A stretch of 63,819 nucleotides of DNA, counting the filler, from Rozella allomycis CSF55 (lineage: Eukaryota): the NCBI GenBank assembly GCA_000442015.1. It is 7 parts of 7 records of this genome, joined end to end, with 100 filler letters (N's around TTAATTAATTAA, not from the genome) between each part and the next. Parts side by side here need not be neighbours in the genome. Positions count along the whole stretch, not along the records: positions 34,975 to 52,744 come from KE561073.1; positions 52,845 to 55,342 come from KE561075.1; positions 55,443 to 59,807 come from KE561077.1; positions 59,908 to 62,138 come from KE561078.1; 3 more parts are not named here. One strand, given 5' to 3'. The notes under the pieces are model-generated. The model saw nothing but the letters and a program-made list of their open reading frames with translations. It was not told the origin of the DNA and did not search any database. Shown here piece after piece: positions 48,525 through 62,238 of this stretch (positions are counted from its first letter, which is position 1; every line of letters begins with the position of its first letter). Made by a program: the position numbers and the translations under genes.

Positions 48525-50250
48525 TTAGGGATTAGGAAAGAGGGAATTTTCAAGAATGTTTAAAATGTTACCATGCAGAGGAACAGGAGCATTTATGGAG
48601 AGATTATTTGCAGAACTTTTTAGCGAAGAGTTTAGGGGGATATTTTTGAGAGAATCAATGTTTAGTTCATCAGATATTTCAGAGTTGCGTTTTTTGATTT
48701 CTGATTCAAAGCCAGATAAAGCTCTTGATTGCAATTCAATGATTCTCTTTTCAACGTCAGATTGGTTTGATTTTAGTTGGGAATCTTTTTTGGCTTGAAC
48801 GAGTTGTTTTATTTTGGATTGGCGTTTGAGTTGGTAAGAGTTGAAAATAGATTGAAGATTTTTTTGGTATTCTAATTCAATTTCAATTATTTCTGGGTGT
48901 TGATCAAACTCTGAATCTGGAACGGGAGAATCTAGAATTGGAATTGAAGAAATTGGAGAGTTTATCATTATTGGATTTGTAAAGATAGTCATTGGCGGAT
49001 TAAAGATAGTCATGGGTGCCTGATTTTGATTTAAATCAGATAAAAGTGATCCTTCACTGTGGAGATTTAAAGTATTACAACCCTCAATAGTCTCAGTGGG
49101 GCTATCAATGCCTTGTTTTACATTACTATCCATAGTTTGAATTGCATTACTCTCAGTTGCGGTTGCTTTCTCAGATGGTGATTTTGACAGAATTGGCTTT
49201 TCATCAAATGAAATTATTTCACTTTCAATCTTTAAATTACTAAAAACATCAACAATCTCATCTTTAATCTCTTTTGTAGTTTGTGTGAATTCTCTAGTTC
49301 CATCTATTCTAGTTCCATCTATTTCAGTCTCTTCCACTTTAGTCTCTTCCACTTTATTCTCTTTTACTCTATTCTCCTCTACTGTTTCATTAACCTTCAA
49401 ATCTTCCACGTCACTTTCCTTTACTGCATCCACATCATTCACTTCCTTCACTACCTCGATATCCTTCTCTTCCACTTCTTTTGCTCCTTCAACTCTCTTT
49501 TCATCCCCTTCCATTCTCTTCTCTTCTCCTTCTAATCCNAATCAAGCAAGTTTGCAGAACAGACATAATCATCAAGGATAGTGACATTTGAAGTACTGTT
49601 AGCCAAAGAAAAAGCATTATTTCCGCTAGGCTTTTTACCTACTATTCTATCGACACTTTTTTTGAGTTCATTTAATTCATGACTAGTTTCTCTTATTTGA
49701 TCATCTGTAGGCACTGAGGAATTGTTATTGCTGGTAGGTGTCGTATCATATGGTTTCTTCTTGTCAACAGTTAAACCAGTACCCTGGCCAGCAACATTTT
49801 TTCGATCTTTTCCTTTTTCATCACTCCCACTATTTGCTAATCTATGAATCTGTCTATCTTTTGTTTGAAGGGAAGCATTTAAAGGATCATGAGGTAATTT
49901 AACAGCAGGAAAGGCATTAATATTAGTATCAAAATTACCACTAGGAAGCCCTTGAGGCAGTGCTACNTGAGGCGATGCTACGAGAGAGGCATCGGGATGG
50001 CCACTCGCAACAACTGCGCTTACATCTTGAGTATCAGGGTTGTTTTTGAACAAGAAGGGCGACAGAGCGGCTAATACCACAGTAGCGCCTTCCATGATCT
50101 TGCCTTTAATTGTGGATCCTTTTGAGACATTGTTATTCTTGTCCTCAGGTTTACTTACTTCTGCAAATCCAACATGCCTTGTGTGTGTGCGCTACTTTCA
50201 TGTTCATCATGTTCATCATCATCTATTTCACTTTGCTCTTCGTCAGGGTT
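48525..50250 (-). CDS. Low-complexity coding fragments, at least partly the C-terminus of the WNK kinase
   Basis: Long ORFs on the same strand downstream of the kinase with a terminal coiled coil (EIIEIELEYQKNLQSI). Linkage broken by n joins, so it may include another gene. Confidence 0.4.
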
Positions 50251-50768
50251 TAAAAACAACTTTAAATGTCTTTTAAAAGATTTTGAACCTTTTTCAATGT
50301 AAACGAGTCCATATCGGACGGGTCGGTACGACCCGGACTTCAGGACGTATGAAAAAAATCACTTTAATGAAATCATATTAATCACTATTCTTAGGCATTT
50401 GCTTCTAATTATGGAGCCTTTACAAACTTTTATTGAATCTGTTGAAACATGTGTACGGTAACCGACCGGGTAAGTTACTCTAATAGTCTAATATTTGCAA
50501 ATGTTGAAAAACTTAATCAGATACAGATCATGATAATTATTTGTTAGCGAAAATAATCCATGCCCAAGAATATATTTCCACAATTAGAAACAAGTTCTAA
50601 GAATAGTAAGACTCACGCTCATTGGTTAACCCGGCATTTATAACAAACATGATCACGGGGCGCCCCGGTAAAAACTTCTACTTTCAATATGCGTGAGACA
50701 TCGTTTCTTTTAAAGGCTTACTTTGAGCAAGTATTTTATGGTTTATCTTGCTTCATTTTCGGATCCAN

Positions 50769-52526
50769 TCAACTTGCTTGGTTAGGCTTGTTAATTCTAA
50801 ACTAGAAACAGATCTTCTATGCAACGATCTCCCCCTGCTAACCCTCTCTTTAGTCTTTTTAAAACTCAAAGATCGACTTCTATTATTAGCTCTAAACAAA
50901 TGCACAACAATTGGCTCTTCCTTAAACGTTGACTGAATCATCTGAACAGCCTCTTCAATCTTTTCCTGTGCTAGAAATCTATCTTCAAATGAAATTATAT
51001 TCTCTCTAACCATCTCCAACACAACATTCGCTGAAGTGTCATTCTTCAAATGGAATGGAAACTTTATCTCATGCTGGTTGGCTCTGTCACGCTCATCCAT
51101 CTTGAAATACTTCATCCGTATCTCAACTTGGAATGTTTCTCGCGTCTTGTCTGTGGGCAGTATTTCTATATCCCCAATCGCCTTGTGCTCCTCTGACATT
51201 GGCTTCAACGCTTCCACTATCGGGCTATTCCCTATAGAAAACAATGTTCCTGAATAATTATCATTAAATCTATTTCTTCTCTCCACCATTGCATTTGTAT
51301 TTATTGAGTTTATTGAATTGTTTATTGAGTTCATTGTTGCATTGTTCATCCCCATCGTACTGTTACCATTCATCTTCACGTATTGATCATTCTTCATAAA
51401 CATTGTTGGCATCGATAAACTTCTCTTGTGGGATTTCCTATCTCTTCCTCTCTCTTTCACTCTTTCATCTCTTCCCCTCTCTATTCTCTCCGTCATCCCA
51501 TTCTCTATCTTTCTATCCCTCACCCTTTCCCTCTCTCCAACTTCTTCCATATCAACCAAAGCTCCAACAACAGCCGGTGAACTCTCTTCTATCCTCAAAA
51601 ACGGATGCTCCAACAGTTCATCACTACTAGGCCTCGTCTCAGGATTATGGTCAATACACATCTCTATAAACTTTCTAATCTCCTCATCCTCAATACTCCC
51701 CAACGCAGCCGGCTTAATCCCCTGCGTCACCTTCCTAAATATCTGCGCTGGATTCGTACACTCACTATACGGATACTCCCGCGTCACCATCTCCAACACA
51801 CACATCCCAAACGCATACAGATCAACCTTTTCATTATACTTTTCATCATACAACTCTCTCACATCACTCAATCACTCTTACCTGGCGCCATAAACGACGG
51901 CGTACCAATCACTGAACTCACATGGTCCCTATACTTGAACGTCGCAAGCCCCAAATCGCCAATCTTCACCTGCCCATTATTCCCATTCACAAAACAATTC
52001 TCAAGCTTTATATCCCGGTGGATAATCGGCGGACTTTTCGCATGCAAATACCGCAGCCCATTCAATATCTCTCACAAAAAACTCAACCCTCTTACCTGCC
52101 GGCACCACTGCTTAATCACCCGCGTCTTGATCGCTCCCTTGGTCCTCTTCACATAGCTGCTCAGCGTCCCACTCGTCATCAGCTCCGTAATAAAATATAT
52201 CCTCTCTTTCCCCTCACTCACATCAATCCACGAATGGTAGAAATTAATTATATTCTCGTTGCGCAGACTTTGCAGGATCTGTATCTCGCTCAAAATCTGC
52301 TGCGCATCGCGCCGGTTCAGATTCTCGACCGTCAACTGGTTCCACGCAACCTCGACGCCATTCTCCAAATCATACCTATTTTGCTACAGTTGGGGTATTA
52401 CGCCTTGTACACACGCTTGAAAGCACCCTGACCGAGCAGAATGTTCGTGCGCTCGAATCGGCCGCTAGGGTCCGTGGCTGTTATCGTCTCGGGTATCGAC
52501 TCGCCGAAATTATCGGGAACTTGCAT
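50769..52526 (-). CDS. WNK-family Ser/Thr kinase (multi-exon)
   Basis: [18 protein letters not shown] (Lys in subdomain I), [77 protein letters not shown]. Confidence 0.92.
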
Positions 52527-52844
52527 ACAAGGGGGGCGTGGCGAAGCTCACGCGGATTTGCTCATTGCTGGAGAAATAAAAATAGATTTGATTAGTGGGA
52601 AAGGTTAGATGTATGATATTTATTTTTTTGAGATGGGATGGAGTGATGTTGGTGACTAGATTGCTAGGTGTCAACTGCCTTTGGTGACAGTATAATATAA
52701 CAAAGTTAAGGAAATACATAAATATAATGACTAATGGATATTACNNNNNNNNNNNNNNNNNNNNNNNNNNNNNNNNNNNNNNNNNNNNTTAATTAATTAA
52801 NNNNNNNNNNNNNNNNNNNNNNNNNNNNNNNNNNNNNNNNNNNN

Positions 52845-53744
52845 TTTCTGCCTTTATTAAAGCTTCTTCAAGGGACTTGCAGCCGTATTCTAAAATCTTT
52901 GCTCTCACGTAAGAATCACGGAGGCCACTAATAAACTCGGTAAAATTTTCCTACTAAATTCTTGGTCATCAACTTGATCCAAATAGTGAGAGATAGTTTG
53001 CAGACGTAAACAATGAACCCTTGCAGTTTCAGAAGAACTTTGTTTTCTTTGATTAAACAGATTCCAGTAATGCAACGCAGGATCTTGAGGACCAAATGTT
53101 CTTCTAATAATTTTCGTCAAATCATTAAAACTCAAATTCTCTTTAAAAGCACCAGCCATTCGTAACAAACCGATACAATCTCCATTGAGAAAAAAGATAA
53201 GTTGAGACGCCTTTTCATCATCAGACCAATGCAAAGCGCTTGTTTTCGCATCGTAAGACTCCAACCAGTTATCAAGCGCATCTAGGGCAATCGGATACGG
53301 AATTTCAGACAAATTGAGCTTCTTAGGATCCAGTTTGCGTGGCGTAGCAGGAAATGAGCCACCAGGAAAATTTTTCACTCCAGGGTCTTCTTTCGTAAAG
53401 GACAAAGTTTTGATCGGCGAAACTTCAAAAGGTGCTCTCGTCTTCAGGCAACGTGCTTTCTTCACTGAACGCCTGTGGGATCGACCTTTAGTTTCGTGCG
53501 CTGCTACCATGTCACGAATCGTCTTGGAGGCCGTGGAACGATGAGAAACAGTGGAAGTTAGCGACGGGGTAGCAGCTGTAGCTAGAGACGCGGGCTTGGA
53601 ACCAGAACCTGGGGAAGACGGAAAAGACATAAAAGATAATAAATTATGACCAGGGTTTATTGAATTTGTAAAATTGATCTATATACGAGTGGCTAAGTCT
53701 CGAACACAAATTGTACCGATATTAATCCAAGATCGTCCGCGACA
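52845..53744 (-). mobile_element. Gypsy element 5' end: LTR (53744-53510), tRNA-iMet-type PBS (53509-53499), gag ORF (from 53630)
   Basis: LTR matches 1027-1259; TGGTAGCAGCG follows immediately; gag-like ORF with WL..Y...W.D.EK..L.G and RKQ...E motifs. Confidence 0.8.
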
Positions 53745-53895
53745 ATAAAGGAAGTAATTATAATAATGACAACTACATAATTTTGTGTTCCAAAAACAGG
53801 AGTTTAGAGCTATGCCTATTTTGAGCATAGTTCTGTGCTTAAGTAATTAATTCATATGGGCTTTGGTAATGTATTATTCAATATATGGTTACGTT

Positions 53896-54120
53896 TTAAA
53901 AAGTTAAATTCTCAAAATCATTGATGAATGCATTTCTTTTTGCTAATGTAAAACTTATCTTTAATATGAGACTGTAGTATACCACATTTAATTCAATCAC
54001 TGCATGCGCGATACATTCAAGGAAAGCCAAAGAATCTGCTTCCATTCCTCTAGTTGAATCTATGAAGAAAGGGAATAATATTAAATTTTTTGCCTCACAC
54101 TTGTCAAAATATTTCTTCAT
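53896..54120 (-). mobile_element. C-terminus of a CRE/R2-like REL-endonuclease non-LTR retrotransposon
   Basis: KYFDKC..FPFFIDSTRGMEADSLAFL..LKISFTLAKRNA matches the F.P...E/D..G....A..FL...IS..L.R.NA tail. Confidence 0.55.
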
Positions 54121-54227
54121 GTTAAAGCACTCGGTAAGATCTTGAATTCATTGTCAAACCAAGGCCACTAACAGGTACCACATTAAGAGCCAACGTCTAG
54201 TTTTTGTAAAATGATCTTTTTTGTTAA

Positions 54228-55342
54228 ATGAGTAAAGTCACACAAGAAGAATTTTTCACACCTGAGAATGCTAGAACCGAACCAATAACAAGAAGATCTT
54301 ACATACCTATGAGAGTACAACCACCACGAGAATCAAAAACTATGAATAGATCTTATGCGGAAGTCGCAGAAGCAAGTGAAAAAAATTTTCAGGAAATTTC
54401 CAGTATCACCGTGGTAGAAGAACACTTAGAAGAATTTGTAAATTATATGAATATTAAGAAAAAAATTGAAGATGATATATCAAGAAATGAAAGTATTATG
54501 AACGATGAGGCAAATTTATTATGTTATGAAGAATTTGCCGCCGTGGCAGACATCGCTGAGCCAAACAATTATAAGCAAGCAATAAATAGTAATGAAAAGA
54601 AAGAATGGGAAGAGGCAATGAAGGATGAATATAATTCATTAATGGAGAATGAAACATTGAGACTAGTAGAACTATTAAAGGGAAGAAAAGCAGTTCAATG
54701 TCGATGGGTATTCAGAAAGAAGAGAAATAAAGATGGATCAGTAGAAAGATATAAAGCAAGATTAGTATTAAAAGGATATAATCAGAAAGAAGGAATTGAT
54801 TAATTTGATACTTTCTCACCAGTGATAAACATGACAAGTGCGAGAATTTTTATGTCAATTATTGTTCAGAAAAAAATGTTTACAGCTCAATTAGATGTTA
54901 CAACAGCATATTTGAATTCAGAAATGGATACAGTTTTATATATGACTCAACCCGAAGGATTTTTTTGATACGGAACAACCAAACAAAGTGTGTCTGTTGT
55001 TGAAGAGTCTTTATGGAGCAAAGCAAAGTGGTAGAAATTGGAACAACACATTGCATGAAAATTTAACACAATACGGATTTAATCAATGCCAGAATGATTG
55101 GGGACTTTATGTAGTGAGACGTGGCTCAGACCTGGTCATNATTTGATACTTTCTCACCAGTGATAAACATGACAAGTGCGAGAATTTTTATGTCAATTAT
55201 TGTTCAGAAAAAAATGTTTACAGCTCAATTAGATGTTACAACAGCATATTTGAATTCAGAAATGGATACAGTTTTATATATGACTCAACCCGAAGGATTT
55301 TTTTGATACGGAACAACCAAACAAAGTGTGTCTGTTGTTGAA
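54228..55342 (+). mobile_element. Ty1/copia reverse transcriptase region, pseudogenised
   Basis: EPNNYKQA..WEEAMKDEYNSL, CRWVFRKK..ERYKARLVLKGYNQKEGID*, DTFSPV, QLDVTTAYLN, LKSLYGAKQSGRNW; premature stop and frameshift. Confidence 0.9.
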
Positions 55343-55442
55343 NNNNNNNNNNNNNNNNNNNNNNNNNNNNNNNNNNNNNNNNNNNNTTAATTAATTAANN
55401 NNNNNNNNNNNNNNNNNNNNNNNNNNNNNNNNNNNNNNNNNN

Positions 55443-55900
55443 ATCTCTCGTCCACTTTTCAACTTGTTCCGTCACGATTGTTGTTAGACGGGGAGCGATT
55501 TGGTATTCCTTCTTAAAAGCCGGAGGGTTGATACCTGTATCTATCCTAGTGTATGCATTCGGGAGTGTGCAGAATCCTTTTATGGATTGGTTAATTTCTA
55601 ATAAAGGTTTTAGGTGATGTTTCAAATGATCTGCATATGCCTCAGTAAGAAAATCGAAGTCGTTTGAAGTTGTTTTATTATCATCCAAGGATGCGATGGT
55701 CTGTTGAAGGTTTGGTTTAGGACCAGTATATCCCTTCTCTTTAATCTCCTCCTTAGCTACTTCAGGCTGATGCTTTTCATTTGGGAAATGGACTCGGAGT
55801 CCTTCAATGACAATCCCACGTTTCGACATTGTATCAAGTCCTAGGACGATATTAATGGGGATGCCATTATCATCGCCCATATCGAGAACCTCGAACTGAT
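55443..55900 (-). mobile_element. Gypsy pol fragment (protease end to RT start)
   Basis: IVLGLD..; IDTG..PAFKKEYQI......EQVEKW. Confidence 0.6.
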
Positions 55901-58900
55901 GCTTGATCTACTTTTCTCCGTGGCATACATCTACTTCTTCAGTGATTCCTTTCCTTGGCGTAGTGGATGATCCTTCAGCCAAGTGCCCTTTACAGCCTTA
56001 AAATGCGTGCCTATAAACCAAAATTTCCAAATCGAATTTTCATTGGCACTAAAAATGTTGATTTTAATCTGTGCTACATATTGTTATAGTTTCCGCGAAT
56101 CAGAAACCATTTCCTGTTAAAATATGGTCAAAATGTTTTTCGTGGCTCAACTCATGACACACCCTGTCAATGGAGTTTTGAGCAAAAAGACTTTCAGAAC
56201 AAAATTTTGCGTGACGATGTTACTACATATAGTTACACGAACAGATCTTATTCCAGTTAAGGCGTGAACGAACGTTTTAATCAATAGGTTGTAACGCAAA
56301 CACCCAAAGAATCTAATTTGAAGTGGAATTTAATACAACATAAGCCGTTTATATTATACTATTTCTATTTTATATTGTTGCAACCTCGAGTCTTAAAGGA
56401 AATCAAGACTCAAATTGGTTTAACAAAATTAAGAGGAAATCAGAACTTATTTACGAGAATTCATACAATACATTTAAAGGAAAAGTAAAGAATTGATGAT
56501 TAAAGATAAATACAGGCCAAATTTATTTATGTTATCTTATTCAAGTTAACTTCATATTTCCGAAAATTCAAAAAAGAGACAGCGTCAATCTGGGACGAGA
56601 TCAGATGTCGATGCTAAATACCCTAATGCTGCAGAGATAATTACAGTAATCAATTTATGATAAGTAATCAAGTAACTGTCAGATCTATGAGTTATTTATA
56701 GATTATTAAGACCTTCAGATCCATATTGAACCAAATTTTTACTGGTACGACATCACCCCCTTTCAGTAGCTGGAGGCGTTTTGGATGTTTGGATGGGAAT
56801 TGTGTCTTTGGTTGGGGAATTTTAGTTTTTTATTCACATTCATTTGATTTATATTACACGATATCAACTTTCAAGATCTTTTGAGCCGGCTTTTCTGACA
56901 GTGATTAAAGTGCTGGAATACAAATTGGAGAATCTATCTGCTTTAAAGAAACTTTTTTTGCTAGCTATGTGATTAGTAAATAAAAATCTATAGATTTAAT
57001 AGGTTTTATTGACAATTCTTTTACTCTCGCTGAGATTTAAGTAGAATTTAGGTCAATAATCCTTTGAGTGAGAGCTCTGTGTGGGAAATGAATTGTCTGT
57101 TTTCATTTCTTTGGGTTTTTTCAGGGAAACTAATGTTGAACCTTTTCTCGTTTTAAGGTTGAATATTTTAGATCTATTTTTGTTGTTCCAATATTTTCTT
57201 ATCTGAGTGATGTCCTGGAAATCATTTTCTTTAACATACTGGTTGAATGATGCATCATGTCTTTTCCATTTAACTAAATGCTCTAGAGTGTGGTTATCTG
57301 AGCCGGGGCGATGCCGCGATGATCCAAAATCATTTTTACTTCAACAATCTTGGTGTTATCCGGATTTTCTGGAGTTGCTTCAAATAGTTTGAGAGCATGT
57401 GGTGGACATATGTAGAGCTAAATCTTTAACCCCCCGGGTGCTTAAACACCCCCGGTAGGATTTACGCGTATTTAAGTGAATGTGATTGGAGGATGCTGGG
57501 CTGCGCCGTAATGGCATATGACATGTCATTATTAACGCGGGGCCCATTTCTACTTAGAAAAAAATTAATATCTTTCGTCAAAAATAAATTTATTTAATAC
57601 TAAAATTATAATTATTACATGTAAAGATGTACTTTATTTCGCTTTAATGTTAAATCTTGTTCTCAATGACTTCCAGTCCTCTCTCATCTTTGAAGCATAA
57701 ATTACCTTAATATTGCCATGTTGTCTACCATATATAAGAAAGTACTCTATAAAATACTCAACAGCTTCATACGCTGCTTTAGAACCTCTTGCAAAGCCTG
57801 ATCCCATCTTGATGTACCTTAACATATACGAAAGCAACTTTTACCTCTCTATATGTTCGCAGTCATTAAAATAAGCAAAATGTGGCCCAACTAAGATTGC
57901 TGCTCCTTTTTTTTCAAAGACAGTAACAACCGCATGAGGTATAAGGGGCTTGAACGATATTGCCGTACCCGGCATTTGAATAAAAACTTTCGGTTTGTAT
58001 TCAATTTGAAAGTAGCTTAAAATATTAAAAAAATTATTTTTACGATTCTAGTTCACGTTCATTGCATGTGTAAGATGAGTACTTGCACTTGTACGATTTA
58101 ATTCGTTCCCAGAAGAGCCATATTTTTGCCATTTTGACTTTTGCTGGCAGTAACCACGCAAAGTTATGCCCCATATCAACGTGGCGATACGTGATATGGT
58201 CCTTAAAATGCACAAATGCCGTAAATGGTGGTATGCATACCTCTTGACAATTCTTTTTAATCTGAATGTTTTGCATTTCGACAATATTTACCTTTCATGA
58301 TAATCATCAAATATATTTTCAATATATAATTGAGCGTCGTTTTGCTCCCTTTTTACAACATCTTTAATTTTCTCGAGCAATTTTGTTTTTGTTGTTCCTA
58401 TATGTGAGCTTAAAAATAATATGTTACCAAAGTCTTGATAGGTGTTTCCAATCCACAGAACAATGTCTCGTTTGTCACTAGCTCACTTACTTATATCAAA
58501 CACGCCTCTGTCTACAATGCTTTCTTTTGACTGAAAGGGGACTGCTAGTATCTTTCGAATTTGCGGACTTAAACTAGGTTCAAATCCTATTTTTTTAATG
58601 AACTCTCGGTCTTTGTTTTGTATTTTCATACAAGCCACTTAGTCTAAAACACAACTTGTCTTGACACATTGTTACCATTTTGTACACTAACCTCAAATCT
58701 AATTAATAATTATGGTTATGTTGCTAGAGTTTTACGTCAACTGCGTACTACTTTTCAAATGGCAACCTCGTAGACCCAACTCTGACATGTCAATGAACGC
58801 AATATACCGTATCGGTCAGGGCGGAAGCCAGTGGCTTTGTACCAAAACAGCAGGGTTTTACAGGGGTTGTTGGCTTGGACGGCAGCATAAGACTTTTCCC

Positions 58901-59333
58901 TGCCTCCTTCCAAAACGCGAAAATAAATAAAAATAAATTTACAGAATATTTTTAAAAGTTATTTACAAGTAGCTGGTATGTCCATGAACTTTGTTAATGT
59001 TTTAGCTTTTGACAGACCTAGTTTAAATATATTTCTTTGGGATCTCCTGGTCAATGTCTTCACCTAAATCTATTGGACTGGTTGCCTATACACTATTTCG
59101 CATTGAATCTTTATAAATATGATTTAGTTTTGATTTTGGTCTATAGGTTACTTAGTTTATTGCTGTTGCTTGAGTAATGAAGGGTATTGTTTTCTGACAT
59201 TGCAATTTTATGCCTTTGCCATATTATACTTTTATCTACATACAATATTTGATCACAACATGCTTTAAATTGAGTTTTTAATAGGTAATACCAATAAAAC
59301 AATTATTGATTGGTGTCTGCTTGACAACGATAC

Positions 59334-59770
59334 TTGTATCATATGGACACAAACGACGGCTTCATTTGCGACCCCTCATACGTATCTCATATGAATTCTT
59401 TTGTTAATGAACTTAATGATCTTCAACTAAACTCTGTAACGATTAAGGACAGAATTATATCCGAATCAAAATCATTGGGCTACGCTCTTACTGTAATTCG
59501 TACCGACACGAACAAGATTATTTTGTCCTGTAGCAAGTCCAAAGATCCAAGCTGCCTAGCGAAAATTAGAATATGCAATTACAAATCTGAAATCGCAAAA
59601 GTTGGACTTCATGTTCTTGAACATAACCATGCACCTAGTGATAAAGTTTTACCTCTTCCTGACAATGTTGATGCAGCTATACTTAGCTTCGTGCAAGCTC
59701 AGATGAACTCATTTCAAATACATACCGCACTCCAAGTAATGTATCCAAACAACCAAGTCCCGTTAACAAC
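59334..59770 (+). mobile_element. MULE/FAR1-like transposase N-terminus interrupted by a gypsy LTR at 59771
   Basis: CSKSKDPSCLAKIRI...EHNH; homologous to 2600-3177. LTR start TGTCGCGGACGATCTTGG follows directly. Confidence 0.55.
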
Positions 59771-59907
59771 TGTCGCGGACGATCTTGGATTAATATCGGT
59801 ACAATTTNNNNNNNNNNNNNNNNNNNNNNNNNNNNNNNNNNNNNNNNNNNNTTAATTAATTAANNNNNNNNNNNNNNNNNNNNNNNNNNNNNNNNNNNNN
59901 NNNNNNN

Positions 59908-60300
59908 TACATTATGGTCTGAAGCTTTAGCAATTCAAGTTTACATTTACAACATCTCTCCAACGGAAAAGGTTATTACAAAAGAAATTAAGCTCAACAT
60001 ACAATTGCTTTAGAAGGTTCGTAGAGATGGTAGAAACAAGTGACGGCATCCCCATTAATACTTTCATCTCAGATAATGGAGGGCAATCTGCATCCAATGA
60101 ATTTAAGAAATATCTCGAAGAAAAGGGAATCAGTCGTGGCATCACCGCACCATACAGGCCATACCAGAACGTTATAGCCGAACGCAAGAACAAACTATAC
60201 TCGAATGCGTAGGCCCCATGTTGTCATCAACAAATCTTGAGAACCATACTGGGCAGAAGCTGCACAAACAGCTGTGTACACTTGAAATCGTATAGCCTAG
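59908..60300 (+). mobile_element. Copia-type integrase core fragment, degenerate
   Basis: SDNGG..SNEFKKYLEEKGI...TAPYRPYQNVIAERKN, followed by YWAEAAQTAVY in a shifted frame. Confidence 0.8.
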
Positions 60301-61917
60301 GGCAACACTACATACGTTTATGAAAAATCCATTGAAAGAAACAACATCCTTATCAACTTGTTGGCCTTTCACCAATTCCCTATAGATATTCGCACTTGAT
60401 GTCAAACCTTGAAACCATTCATAAATATCAGAGTGACTTTGTAATTTTTCCTTGGAGAGCGANCTGGAATGCAGAATGTTTAATAGAATCAACCCTGAAT
60501 GGATGGGCATTTTAGATTTAACTTAATCTTTAAATTCCTTGTGAGTATTTGAAAAAGTCTTTTTGAATTTTATNTTCGTATTAAATTAAGGCTTTTTTAA
60601 CGTAACGGTTTCGCGTCTCTCTTGAACACCATGTTATTTCTCTAATTTCGGAAACAATTTTTCACTTAGGCCAGGGCACAGTCTCTTTCCTTAATAAACT
60701 CTCGAAATTATTGTTATTCAATTGGTGAGTTTGGTTATGAATTTAAAACCCCCTTTTGGTAGGTTTCAACATGTGACTGAAACGACTTTGCAGTTTCAGC
60801 ATCCTCTTGTGCTGGGTACCCAAGCAGTGGAGGAACAGGAATGAGCATATTCGACTTAGTAAAAGTATTCATAAAATAAAAGACAGGGTTTTTTAGAAAA
60901 GATTTTCTTGTTATTCAGTTTAGGTCAAATAGCAATGCCAAAAGCACAACCTGTGNAGTCCCGGTTTTCTACAAGGGGTGTGTCACACACGGGGTGATTT
61001 TGTCGTTAGCCATTATCAAAATAATCAGATTGAAAAGAAAGATATAGAAGATTTTATTCATTAAAACAAAAATACTTTGAACCTTTCTCTTTATTTTCTT
61101 CTTGNTATGTTCAAAAACATAAGCCCCAATAACACAACCATTTTGAGTACAATTTATACGGACACATCGGATAAAGTGTTTTGCTTCTTGCAAGCTGTAT
61201 CTTGTCTTGACCTAACCTAGGGCCACCAAGTGTGTACCAAAAAAACTAAGATTCCCTTCATTCCCTTAGCTCTCGTCTCGGTCTAATACCGGTGCATGTC
61301 AAGTAATGTATTAATTTATCACTTATATATATATTATATATATACTCAACATAGTTAGCATCGTCCCTTGTATACGGAATATGGTTTTCGATCAAAAGAG
61401 TTTCAAAGTCCTTTGCCCTTGCTTATACTGGATTTGAAAAATCTCAGTTAGCTTATTGATCTCCCAGTGTGGCTATAGAAGATGACCTATACCTAGATTG
61501 AAGTAAATTTCAAACTAGCTGGGTAATTCAACGTCTGAAAATGTACGTACTATGTATGCTACGTAGGTTGTTGAAGAACAAAAATTATGTGAGCCGACTC
61601 GTGACCAGTCATAGCAGACCCGAAGTGCATGTAGATTTAGAGGAACAGAAGGGAAATTACATCGAGTTTATTGAAAATAAATTAGAAGATGTATCAGTTG
61701 CCATGGTAGTTAGCGGTTGTCAAGAATAAAATCGACGACGCGTTAAGCCCTAATTAACTATTTACCAATATTAATGTATGTAGAACGATCTGATAATTGA
61801 ATCTGGACATTAAATTTACTCTACCGTTGCAGCGCCTCCTATAAAAGAAATTGTAAATAAACAAACTTCCTCTTCGTTATGTTAAACGTTGTAGTACAAA
61901 CTTCTATTACTGAAATN

Positions 61918-62138
61918 ATATGACTATCATGCCGATGAAAATACTGATGATGCTTTTAATGACAATAACTTGATCGCCGATTTGAATTATTCGGCGGAAG
62001 AAATAGATGCAGGTTTGCAGAATATCGAACGATTAAATGCTCAACAACAAGCCGTTTTTGACCATGTTACTAACTTAGTGCTTAACGGTGGCGATCATAA
62101 GAGTTGTTTTGTGGATGGCCCAGGTGGCTCTGGCAAGA
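61918..62138 (+). mobile_element. Helitron PIF1-type helicase fragment
   Basis: LNAQQQAVFDHV....CFVDGPGGSGK (Walker A in Helitron-like context). Confidence 0.7.
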
Positions 62139-62238
62139 NNNNNNNNNNNNNNNNNNNNNNNNNNNNNNNNNNNNNNNNNNNNTTAATTAATTAANNNNNN
62201 NNNNNNNNNNNNNNNNNNNNNNNNNNNNNNNNNNNNNN

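Noticed and set aside
56575-56625. GC-richer patch faintly like 5S rRNA on the minus strand (TCTGATCTCG)
   Set aside because: Match limited to ~10 nt, with no 5S helices or box C context.
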